A DNA stretch of 62,984 nucleotides, counting the filler, from Octopus bimaculoides (lineage: Eukaryota), in the NCBI RefSeq assembly GCF_001194135.2. It is 3 parts of 3 records of this genome, joined end to end, with 100 filler letters (N's around TTAATTAATTAA, not from the genome) between each part and the next. Parts side by side here need not be neighbours in the genome. Positions count along the whole stretch, not along the records: positions 10,431 to 36,147 come from NC_068996.1; 2 more parts are not named here. One strand, 5' to 3'. Both the position numbers and the translations under genes were made by a program. The notes below the pieces were generated by a model. The model did not search any database. It was given only the letters and a program-made list of their open reading frames with translations, and was not told where the DNA came from. Below, piece after piece: positions 10,621-21,489 of this stretch; the stretch's first letter is position 1, and every line of letters begins with the position of its first letter.

Positions 10621-11371
10621 TCTAACACAACTCAGAATAATGCTCACAACTCATCTTTTTCCAGAGGATATGGATCTTGGTTGGTACTTCCATGAAGGTA
10701 CTGGTCCTTAGTTAAAATCCCAGGTAAATCCAGGCGGTATTTTAGCCGTATTTTGAATAATTTATTCATATTGTAAATGTGTATATACAGCGAAAACGTA
10801 AGATAGATATAAATGGATTTTGTGAGTGGGTGTACATGGGAGACACAGGAGAAAGAGGGAGAGAGAGAAGAGAGAGAAGAGAGAGAAGAGAGAGAAGAGA
10901 GAGAAAGGAGAAAGTAATAAAAATACGAGAGGGGTAAAAGGGTAAAAATAAGAATATAAATAAAAATAAAAGTAAAGATAATGACAGAGATATGTCAGTA
11001 TTGAATCGGGGTGAGAGGTTAAACGTTAAAGTTTCAGTCAAGTGCGGGTTACATAGGACAATATTATAGTGGTTAGTGCAGATATTTAAAATTAAGGATT
11101 AAGAATTAAATTTGAAATTTAAAATTACAAACCAAGAAAAATAAAAACTAAAAACTACAAAAACTAAAAACTATTGAAAGGAAACTATTGAAATGAAAGA
11201 TACTTATGTTGATAGAGAAGCAGAAGAAAAAGAAGAAATCGTACACGTACACACATATACATACATATGCATATATACATACACATACATATAAACATAC
11301 ACATATATCTACGCACACACATAAACGCACTTATATACATACATATACACACATACATATATATGCATATA

Positions 11372-11412
<41 letters not shown>

Positions 11413-11416
<4 letters not shown>

Positions 11417-11560
11417 CGAAACGTCTAGTTAGAATAGAGGTAGCTGACGAAAGATTCATTCCAAGTGGCTATCTGTTTTCCTATATATGTTCGTTCCGTG
11501 GTCTGTAGTTCATTGTTCTAACGTCCTGTACCCTGATATGCATCTATATACACATGTAGA
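11413..11560 (+). repeat. Dispersed repeat copy B (putative Penelope pseudo-LTR segment)
   Basis: ttCGAAACGTC...gCTGACGAAAG...ctgttttcc...gtcctgtaccctgatatgcatctatatacacatg, about 130 bp from a Penelope-like endonuclease fragment. Confidence 0.6.
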
Positions 11561-11601
11561 TGTATGTACATATATGTGTGTATACATGCATATATATTCT
11601 T

Positions 11602-11655
<54 letters not shown>

Positions 11656-11689
11656 TATATATATTGTAACGACCGTTGGATTTATCATG

Positions 11690-12190
11690 CGTGTTGATTT
11701 TGTTTGCATTTGGACCTTTGGAAGAATTTAAAGGTGTGTGAGAACCTATGACAATATGTAGAAAAGGTTTCGTGTAGTTTATTTAGTAATTGCGGTGAAT
11801 TACGCATTAATATTTGGCAGGCTTCTTTTAGGCATAGTCCACAAGTGGATCGCTGACCTTGGTACGGGACCCTACAATCTATTATGACCAATAATATCCT
11901 AGATGGTACCTTTCTATTTATTAAATGGTGTATATGGTTGGCTAAGGAGGTAGATTTTCTATGCTCCTTAAACTTAAAAGTGTTTATATGTGCAGAATAT
12001 CTATGTTTGAAGTTCATAGTAGATCCATTATAGTAGTTGATAGAATTTTGCATTATGTTGTGGACCGTGCATTTGTATACTATGTTAAACCTTCTGCAGT
12101 GGGCTTGCAACGGGCATTAGGGCGCAGATCGGCAGTTGCAGCTATCTGTCCTACGAGTGTTATTAATGGAAAGAAATGTAGTATTATTTA
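11690..12190 (-). mobile_element. Penelope-like element, GIY-YIG endonuclease fragment (decayed)
   Basis: CNCRSAP*CPLQAHCRRFNIVYKCTV...YYNGSTMNFKHRYSAH...STSLANHIHHL...PYQGQRSTCGLCLKE...LLNK, the typical PLE GIY-YIG pattern. Confidence 0.85.
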
Positions 12191-12239
12191 TGGGGAAGTT
12201 AAAATTAAAATTGAGGGTGTTATTAGGGGATTGGATCGT

Positions 12240-12274
12240 ATTATTACTACTGTTGATGTTGTTATTATTATTAC

Positions 12275-12370
<96 letters not shown>

Positions 12371-12372
12371 AG
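12240..12372. repeat. (ATT)n-(AGT)n compound microsatellite
   Basis: Visible runs; source of the poly-I/S/L/V ORFs in the track. Confidence 0.95.
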
Positions 12373-13085
12373 TTAATAATATTAATATTACAATATTTAC
12401 AATATTAATATTACAGTATTTACAATGTGAATAAATCATTCAAAATACTGTCAAAATACTGCTTGGATTTACCTGGGATTTTAATTAAGGACCTGTACCT
12501 TTCATATAGAGAAAGCACCTCGTATAAACGTATAGTGCTAAAAATCACAAAAATATATCAGCTGCAGGCGAAAAGCACCCAGCAACGGCGGTGGAATTTC
12601 TAGATCCCGTCATTTATAAGTTTTTGCGCGTTATTAGTAGCAAATATCCACTATCAACCGCCTGCACAGATAAACTTCACTCTACTAATACAGAAAAAAC
12701 ACAATGAAGAAATCATTAGTTTCACAAATAGCTGGTGGGATAGGTAAATATTTGTTATAAGCGACGGAAACCACAGCTGCTGGATACATTTCATCTGCTA
12801 TTGAAACACTTCTGTGCTTTTTAACACTATACGGCTACATGAGAAGATTTCTCAAGACAAATACCGCAGCATTGTGACTTTCTTACAGTATATCCATGTT
12901 CCGTAAGATATACAAAGTGATATTGTTTTAATAGTATTCTGAAGTCTTTTAAATACATCTGTATGTTTGGAGAAGGTTTTCGTGTAGTGGCTGGTAATGT
13001 GGAGACTACCCTAAAATATTCTTACATCTTGCGGATTTTGTTTCGGTTTGTTTTGTTGAGTATATGAAATTATAATTAGGTGTAG

Positions 13086-13365
13086 TGAGTGCAGTATAGC
13101 CGAATGGTTGAGCAGTTCGCCTCACGGCTAAAAAGTTTGATCTTACAGCTTGGCATTTTGAATAAATGTCATTTTCTATACATTGTGAGTGAAATTGCAT
13201 AGAAACTGCACGGAAACTGTATAGAAAGCCTTCAGGTAGAGTGTACTCTAAGGTACAGTCTGGTCATCCACACCCGAACAAACACACACACACACTGTGT
13301 CACGCTGATTCCGCCTGAGAATTATGTTGAGGATATATGTAGCTGTGGAATACTCAGCCACTTAA
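13086..13365. mobile_element. Degenerate SINE remnants (tRNA-like head at about 13086-13230, OR2-like body at about 13290-13365)
   Basis: gcagtatagccgaatggttgagcagttcg is A-box-like; tgtcacgctgattcc...gtggaatactcagccactta is the reverse complement of the OR2-like body at 1860-1945. Confidence 0.5.
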
Positions 13366-13660
13366 AAGTTGAATTGAGTGAAGAACTAAATCCTCATCGA
13401 CGAACGACGGAGGTCCAAAACCACTACTATCACCCCCCCCCCCCCGATGATGATGCGTAGCGTAAAGCGCTTTTTGTATTCGTTGTTTATTGTAGTTTAT
13501 TACAATGAAATCAGGGTCCGAGATACAACTGATGAATCTAATGTATTGTATACTATTGGTATTGACTCTTTGAGTTGACCAAATGTGGTACCTACTATTG
13601 CTCCAATATATGCGTTACGTGTGTTGTGAATGCTCTGGGAACTGGGTCCCCTTTGTAGTG

Positions 13661-13950
13661 CACTGGGTCCAATAGTGTTTATTTATTGACAGCAAGCCAC
13701 AACATACAGATAACAGAATTAGGCTTCTAGACCCGTGGAGTCCCTTGGAAAATCACTGCACTGGACTCTGTAGTATTTATTGTCCTCAAGCCACAAAATA
13801 CATAGATCATAATTGGGCCCCTACACTCATGAAGTCCATAGGCAACCAACTCCACTGGGCCCTATAGTGTTTATTTAATTACAGCAAACCACAAGATACG
13901 CAGATTAGAATTTGCTTTCTAGATCCAAGCGGCTCCTGGGCAACAACCGT
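13661..13950. repeat. Diverged tandem repeat, about 95-bp unit, three copies
   Basis: Units begin CACTGG at 13661, 13759 and 13853 and share tagt(g/a)tttatt...caa(g/a)ccacaa.ata. Confidence 0.8.
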
Positions 13951-14334
13951 GTATGCCCATGTCTTAAGATGGTACTGACTGCGGAAAGTACTGTATGTAG
14001 CTCTTAGTATTTTTTATCNNNNNNNNNNTGTATGTATATACATATATCTATATATATATATGTATATATGTGTGTGTGTGTGTGTGCGAGCGCGCTTTGC
14101 TTTATACTGTTAAGGGTAAGGACTAGCTGTATTTGATGTCTTCTGATATTACTTGTAAGAAGGTTGATAGCGCATTTGGTACGAACTGTTTTAAACCAGT
14201 CGCCATGGAGCCAACGTTCCAGATTATTTATGTGAGGTCGGACTGGTTGCGTTGTAATGACTGGGGAATGTTGGGAGGATGGAAATGACATAAGTGATAT
14301 CTCATCAAAGTATGAAGCTATTTGTATGATTTTT

Positions 14335-14520
14335 TTTGGCACCGTGGTAAGATCGTAGGAGTAGGCCTAAGAACTCGTGACGTAGATCAACACAAAAGGA
14401 ACTAGAGAAAGGAGGACATTCATGGCAGAGTATAAGTACAGAAGCGAAAAATTATGCGACCTGGAATTCAATTATAAATGGACTATACTCCGCGTTTGGA
14501 GGGTTAAGGTCAAGAAAGAA
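14335..14520 (+). mobile_element. RTE-clade LINE 3' end
   Basis: RRSRPKNS*RRSTQKELEKGGHSWQSISTEAKNYATWNSIINGLYS matches the RTE ORF C-terminal pattern RGRPKxxWRR...W...A.....W. Confidence 0.65.
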
Positions 14521-15388
14521 AAAGAAGATTGTGTAGGGTATAAGTTTTAAAAAAAAAGTGAGAGGATAGGACGGATCTCCGTGCTTCACCATTCGTAGGA
14601 TAAACTGAAGACAAACCTGTCTTTACAGACGTGGTTTAACTCAGACAACGTTAGCTAGTATGTCCGTCCATTATTTTTAAGACATTAGAAAGTGATACGA
14701 AAGATTTTTACCTGAAATTTATTGCATATCGAGCGACAAAATAGAAGCTCTTTCAACGACGCATGTGGGCTTGTTGTTGTTGATGGTGACAATGATGTTG
14801 TTGTTGTTGTATCGGTTGTTTCACGTGTTACTTTTTAAGTTTTTTTTGGTTTTGTNNNNNNNNNNNNNNNNNNNNNNNNNNNNNNNNNNNNNNNNNNNNN
14901 NNNNNNNNNNNNNNNNNNNNNNNNNNNNNNNNNNNNNNNNNNNNNNNNNNNNNNNNNNNNNNNNNNNNNNNNNNNNNNNNNNNNNNNNNNNNNNNNNNNN
15001 NNNNNNNNNNNNNNNNNNNNNNNNNNNNNNNNNNNNNNNNNNNNNNNNNNNNNNNNNNNNNNNNNNNNNNNNNNNNNNNNNNNNNNNNNNNNNNNNNNNN
15101 NNNNNNNNNNNNNNNNNNNNNNNNNNNNNNNNNNNNNNNNNNNNNNNNNNNNNNNNNNNNNNNNNNNNNNNNNNNNNNNNNNNNNNNNNNNNNNNNNNNN
15201 NNNNNNNNNNNNNNNNNNNNNNNNNNNNNNNNNNNNNNNNNNNNNNNNNNNNNNNNNNNNNNNNNNNNNNNNNNNNNNNNNNNNNNNNNNNNNNNNNNNN
15301 NNNNNNNNNNNNNNNNNNNNNNNNNNNNNNNNNNNNNNNNNNNNNNNNNNNNNNNNNNNNNNNNNNNNNNNNNNNATATATATATATA

Positions 15389-15420
<32 letters not shown>

Positions 15421-16623
15421 CAAGTATGTATGTGTGTATGTATGTATTTATATGTGTACTATGTATATACGTACATGTGTTTTATGCGTGCATCGGTGTA
15501 TATGTGTCTTTATGTAAGCATTTCTTTATATGTTGCGCATAAATGTCTATTTGTATGTTTATATGCATCTATCTAAATACATATGAGTGCGTGCGTGTGT
15601 GCATGTGTGTATGTATGTGTGTGTGTGAGAGAGAGAGAGAGAGAGTGACTACATTTGTGTGTATGGTTTGTTTGTATTAGCTATCAATTTGATTGTAGAC
15701 ATGTATGCAATATATCAATCTATACATGCATATATATACACACACATACTTGTATGTGTGTGTGTGTGTGCATGTGAGTGTGTGTGTATGTGCATGTGAG
15801 TGTGTGTGTGTACATGTGAGTGTGTGTGTGTGCATGTGAGTGTGTGTGTGTGCATGTGAGTGTGTGCATATATATATATATATATNNNNNNNNNNNNNNN
15901 NNNNNNNNNNNNNNNNNNNNNNNNNNNNNNNNNNNNNNNNNNNNNNNNNNNNNNNNNNNNNNNNNNNNNNNNNNNNNNNNNNNNNNNNNNNNNNNNNNNN
16001 NNNNNNNNNNNNNNNNNNNNNNNNNNNNNNNNNNNNNNNNNNNNNNNNNNNNNNNNNNNNNNNNNNNNNNNNNNNNNNNNNNNNNNNNNNNNNNNNNNNN
16101 NNNNNNNNNNNNNNNNNNNNNNNNNNNNNNNNNNNNNNNNNNNNNNNNNNNNNNNNNNNNNNNNNNNNNNNNNNNNNNNNNNNNNNNNNNNNNNNNNNNN
16201 NNNNNNNNNNNNNNNNNNNNNNNNNNNNNNNNNNNNNNNNNNNNNNNNNNNNNNNNNNNNNNNNNNNNNNNNNNNNNNNNNNNNNNNNNNNNNNNNNNNN
16301 NNNNNNNNNNNNNNNNNNNNNNNNNNNNNNNNNNNNNNNNNNNNNNNNNNNNNNNNNNNNNNNNNNNNNNNNNNNNNNNNNNNNNNNNNNNNNNNNNNNN
16401 NNNNNNNNNNNNNNNNNNNNNNNNNNNNNNNNNNNNNNNNNNNNNNNNNNNNNNNNNNNNNNNNNNNNNNNNNNNNNNNNNNNNNNNNNNNNNNNNNNNN
16501 NNNNNNNNNNNNNNNNNNNNNNNNNNNNNNNNNNNNNNNNNNNNNNNNNNNNNNNNNNNNNNNNNNNNNNNNNNNNNNNNNNNNNNNNNNNNNNNNNNNN
16601 NNNNNNNNNNNNNNNNNNNNNNN

Positions 16624-16663
<40 letters not shown>

Positions 16664-16698
16664 ACAAACACACACACAAACACACACACACGCGCACA

Positions 16699-17288
16699 TG
16701 AGGGTTGCTCATTAAAGATTTTCCCTGACCCACTTCCGGTTACTGCAGGAAACGGAACTTGTAGAGGTATAATCATGCATGTCTCTACATGTTACATTGT
16801 AAATTGCAGCTTTCCATTAGTATTTGCTTGTCTTTTATGGCTGCTGAAGTGGACTAAGGTATTATAATGGAGGCAGTTGAATGCAGATCAGTGATCAGGT
16901 TCTTATATTTGAAAGATCATACACCAAAAGAAACTTACGTTGAGATGTGAAGATGGATTTTTAGGCAAAGGGAACCACAATATTATGCATCTCTGCTGCA
17001 GAAATTTCCTGACCTCACACCATCTGACTTCCACCTCTTTCCAACCATGAAGTCTTTTTTGAAGAGGAAGCACTTTTCAGATGATGATGAACTTATTTCC
17101 GAGGTAAAGTCTTCACTCCAGACGCAACCTACCGACTTCTACAAACGAGGTCTTCACAGCTGCATAAAGCGATAGGAGAGGTGTGTTGTCATCATCGGTG
17201 GTGGTTATGTAGAGAAGGACTAATAATTATGCCAAATTTCGCTTATCCCAGTCCTTGGGAAGTGGGTCAGAGGAAATTTTTAATGAAC
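16699..17288 (+). mobile_element. Internally deleted mariner element with both TIRs
   Basis: TIRs at 16699-16737 and 17258-17288 (shared ctgacccacttcc core). N-terminus MEAVECRSVIRFLYLK from 16867 is joined to DLTPSDFHLFPTMKSFLKRKHFSDDDEL...GYVEKD* (stop at 17221-17223). Confidence 0.85.
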
Positions 17289-17309
17289 ATAGACAAACAA
17301 AGACAGATA

Positions 17310-17485
17310 AAGGGATTAAGTCGATACATCGACCCCAGTGCGTAACTGGTACTTAATTTATCGACCCCCGAAAGGATGAAAGGCAAAGTTGACCTCGGTG
17401 GAATTTGAACTCAGAACGTAACGGCAGACGAAATACCGCTAAACATTTCGCCCGGCGTGCTAACGTTTCTGCCAGCTCGCCGCGT
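17310..17485 (-). mobile_element. tRNA-derived SINE (octopus OR1-like), well preserved
   Basis: Minus strand ggcgagctggcagaaacgttagc (A box)...gagttcaaattcc (B box)...gcctttcatcctttcggggg tcgataaattaagtacc. Confidence 0.88.
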
Positions 17486-17494
17486 TAATACTAC

Positions 17495-17600
17495 ACACTT
17501 TTGCCAGCAGAGTGGACTGGAACAATGTGAAATAAAGTGTCTTGCTCAAGGACACAATGCGCAGCCGTGAATCGACCTTACGACTTTACGCTCGTGCACC
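17495..17600 (-). mobile_element. OR2-like SINE fragment
   Basis: ttttgccagcagagtggactgg...gtgtcttgctcaaggacacaa parallels 1981-2040. Confidence 0.75.
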
Positions 17601-17959
17601 GAAAACATACATACACACACATGCATATTCACACACACACACACATGCGTAGCATATACGCACACATTCACATGCATACAATATACAGAGAGTAGAGATT
17701 TTCATCTCTCTCGCTCTCTACATCACTACCTACACTTCACGGTCACTCTTTCTCAAATACTAAAACGTGTGTGTGTGTTTATGTGTGTGTGCTTATGTGT
17801 GTTTATGTGATTGCGCGTGCGTGCGTTGTGAGTATTATTTTTTGAATTGGTAGTTTGAATAAACTAACGCAGTCGCATAAGCAGTATGTTTAAAATAGCT
17901 TAATGCAAATATTCCATGGAAAACTTTCTTAACTATGGAATTTTACCTGAGAAATTCGG

Positions 17960-18520
17960 GAGAAGTTTCTCAGGTACAATTCGTCCTCAGATAATATTTG
18001 AAATAGACATTCGCTGGCATTTATACAAGAGACGTAAGGGACAAATTCTGATAGTCAATGCCAAAAAGAAGGGCTTGCCGATGGCAGAAAAAAGCTACTG
18101 AATAAATTAAGCCTTCCTATAGAGCCGGGGTTGATCTGGTTCTTCTCAGATGAAAAGAACTTCTGCAGAACCAGTTGCACAAAACCCTCAACCATAATTT
18201 GTTTGCCTATAATCCATGTGATGTTCAACCAAGTTCCTCCAAACTGTGATGGTCTTGGAGTGTGTCTCTAGTGTGGGTGACATCATGCTGCCCTACACCT
18301 TTGAATAGGGCTAAAGGCTCAGTTCATGAAGCTGCTGGAGACTGCGGTCAAAATCTGACTAAAAAGGGTTGCTACTGGATGGCCAAATGTGTAGCCATCC
18401 AATCTATTGCTATGGCCACACTCTTCTTTGGTATACCTTCGAAAACAGTCAGAAGTGATTGTTGGAGAAATTCTAAGACTTCACCCACCTCAATTTCTGA
18501 CCTCCTAATCCCACCCTACG
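17960..18520 (+). pseudogene. Tc1/mariner-superfamily (maT/Bmmar1-like) transposase remnant
   Basis: Frameshifted motifs YKRRKGQIL, WFFSDEKNFC, tvmv.ecvss.gd.mlp and a degenerate wPPn.pd..p.DY ending. Confidence 0.75.
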
Positions 18521-18525
18521 ATTAT

Positions 18526-18571
<46 letters not shown>

Positions 18572-18581
18572 NNNNNNNNNN

Positions 18582-18626
<45 letters not shown>

Positions 18627-19689
18627 GTGTGCATGAGCGGTTATTCCCGTTCACAGATGTACATATACAAATATGTATTTTTATCATAAATACATATATA
18701 TTCATATATCATATATATTTATATTTATGTGTATTTATTTATTTATTTATGTGTATAATACAAGTGTACATATATGTTTGTAAAACATAGACGTATATGT
18801 GTGTGTATATATGTATGTACGTATGTATATAAATGCGTGCACGTAATATATACAGGCACGCGCGCGCACGTATACCTTGAGGCTTATTGTGTTGTTGTTG
18901 CTGTTGTTGTTTTTCTGCGTTTAATATGTTGTACCCTAGTTCTTCTATGGCAGCCGTCATCGCTCCTATCGCTTACGTGCTGATATATGTAAATTACATT
19001 CTTATTGTAAACTTAATGTGACTCGCATAACGAAATAATTAACACAATTTATGTACATTTAACAGTACTGAAATATATTTTATGAGTATTTATTATTTTC
19101 ATTGGCTACTATTAAATTTCTGACATTTACGTAAGAATATCATTGCACGCGTCACCGTCTGTATGTTTGTTGTGTATGCTTTGCTTTGTTTGTTTTTATT
19201 TTTTGTTAATTTTTGTTTGTTTTTTTTCTACTTCTTACCTGTGTATGCGTATCTGTTGAAATTTTCTAACTTTTCTTTTCATTATAAGTGTTTGAATTAT
19301 TCTACATTCATACATGTGTGTAAGTATATTCCCCTCTATGTATGTGTGTGTGTGTGCATACCGTTGCAAGTATTCTTTCAACAAATACAAAGGCTTCAGT
19401 TCATGGAAAAGAAGTTGTCTTTGTACAGAACTCAAAATTAATAAACAGCTACTTAAGTTTCATGCACATGCATGGCGGTTGTATACTGAGAGATTGCAAT
19501 TTTTGGTTACAACAACAATTGTTCTGAAAGATGTCCATTGTAGTTTGCAGGAAGGTGCGGAGTCTGTAGCCATGTAGGTTCTCTGCTTGATTAATTGTTG
19601 GTGAATTACATTCTTTCGAAATACTATCAATGTTAATCTATACGAAACTTAAGTAACCGTTTATGTATTCTGATTAATGTGTGGGTGTG

Positions 19690-20830
19690 TTATCGATCGC
19701 CTTATTGGAGGTCTTCTGAGTGGTTTCTTCCGTTCGCATGGGTACCACTCGACAACTGCATGGGTCCACCGATTGTCTGTGAACCTTGTGACATGACTGG
19801 CCCGTCGTAGCTTTCTGTGGTGATATTCTGCTACGACGCCCTTCCTTCCAGTTCTATCCCCGATCTCCTCGTTCCTGATGTGATTTCTAAGTGAGATTCC
19901 TAGCATCGACCCTTCTATGGCTCTCTGCGCCGTAAGCAGATATTGTTGTTCTCTCTTCGTCAAGGCCCAAGTCTCACATGCATATAACATTTCAGGCAAG
20001 ATTGAACGAAACTCCACGCATAGCATTTGAAAGAGATCGAAAGAGGTGGAAATCCGTTGATGCCAAATCAGGAGAGTACGGCGGGTGTGGCAGCACTTCC
20101 CGGCCATGCGTTTGAATGGCTNNNNNNNNNNGGCGGGTGTGGCAGCACTTCCCGGCCATGCGTTTGAATGGCTTCCTTGGCGATATTGGCGATATGAGGG
20201 CAGGCGTTGTCGTGCAGCGGAAGAACTCCATGCTGCTGATTAGGTCTTTTCTCTTGAATAGCCGTTTTGAGTCGTTCCATCTGTTGAGCACAGAGTTCCT
20301 TGTTGACTGTTTGGTTCCGTTCAAGCAATTCGTAATGGATAATCCCTTCCCAGTCCCACAATACCCACAACATCGTTTTACGCAGATTAAAATCTTGTTT
20401 CACGCGCGGTGTCGCTTGTTTACCGGGGCTAAGCCATTTCTTACACTGCTTCATATTGATGTACAGGCACCATTTTTCGTCGCCAGTAACGATTCGGTAA
20501 AGAAATCGTTGCTTGTGTCCATTAGTTGAGCGGTGACGAGCAAGCAAACCAGTGGCGATTGTAGTTCGTTGATCTTTGTTGAAGAGATTGACGCGAGTTG
20601 CCTTGTCTAGGTTCACCTTCAGCACGTCCTTCACCGAGTTGAATGCTCTCCATTCAGTTCTTACCCTTCGATCGCACAAATATGTGTTCGCTGCGTTAAA
20701 GCACCTAAAGGATGACAGGGGAGACAATTCACCTCCAGTCCCGTCCAGGAGTAACGGATACCGATATTTCACCATTTCTGTGGCTTATCAACATTACGTA
20801 CCTGAATCGAACCGGGGATAGACTGAATCG
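19690..20830 (-). mobile_element. RTE-clade LINE RT C-terminal fragment, interrupted by a mariner fragment
   Basis: EWRAFNSVKDVLKVNLDKATRVNLFN | insertion | ILPEMLYACETWALTKREQQYLLTAQRAIEGSMLGISLRNHIRNEEI...HVTRFTDNRWTHAVVEWYP..RKKPLRRPP. Confidence 0.85.
20003..20577 (-). pseudogene. Internal fragment of a mariner D,D34D transposase (catalytic domain), no TIRs
   Basis: RIVTGDEKWCLY...WDWEGIIHYELL...HDNACPH...HPPYSPDLASTDFHLFRSL, with 34 residues between the second and third Asp. Confidence 0.95.
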
Positions 20831-21071
20831 CCGTTCAATGACTATATACAAATAGTGTTACAACTATTTGCTGGAATTCTCCAACGATGGATACATAATA
20901 TTTAATTCAGTAACGGATTAAAAGCAGCGCTAGTGTTGAAAACATTATCGACCGCTCATACCTAATCTATGCGTTTTTCTTGTTCACCGGTTCGCTGGGT
21001 CATGTGTGTGTGTATGCACGTTTATACAATACATATATATATGTGTATGTATGTATTATACACTATTTACT

Positions 21072-21355
21072 AGTCGGGCTCACAATCATGAGGTTGTGAG
21101 TTCGATTCCCGGACCGGGCTGCGTGTTGTGTTCTTGAGCAAGACCCCTTATTTCACATTGCTCCAGTTCACTCAGCTGTAAAAATGAGTTGCGGCGCCAC
21201 TGGTGCCAAGCTGTATCGACCCCTTTGCCTTTCCCTTGGATAACACTGGTGGCGTGGAGAGGAGAGGGTGGTATTCATAGGTGATTGCTGGTCTTCCATA
21301 AAAAACCTTACCTGGACTTGTGCCTCGGAGAGGAATTTTCTAGGTGCAATACACT
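21072..21355 (+). mobile_element. OR2-like tRNA-derived SINE
   Basis: ggctcacaatcatgaggttgtgagttcgattccc (B box), then gtgttcttgagcaagac and ctcagctgtaaaaatgagt. Confidence 0.85.
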
Positions 21356-21489
21356 GTTCACTGGTCTTCTCCTCATTTTTTTTCTTTTTAACATCATCAG
21401 TAAGCCTCAGCTCAACAGAGCTACCTCGACTCAACTATTTAAGTATAGCGTCTTCTCATTCCGTTTCTTAGCGAGACTGACCACTCTGC

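Larger units (their letters stand above)
10691..12505. repeat. Pair of about 88-bp imperfect inverted repeats (10691-10778 and 12418-12505)
   Basis: Left ggtccttagttaaaatcccaggtaaatccaggcggtatttt...attcatattgtaaat versus reverse complement of right ggtccttaattaaaatcccaggtaaatccaagcagtatttt...attcacattgtaaat. Confidence 0.85.

Noticed and set aside
13661-13950. Repeat arrays considered as possible CRISPR (also 24918-25106)
   Set aside because: Eukaryotic context, no unique spacers between identical repeats, and no cas genes.
20080-20173. About 42-bp direct repeat within the mariner fragment
   Set aside because: The copies flank a 10-N gap; typical assembly overlap.
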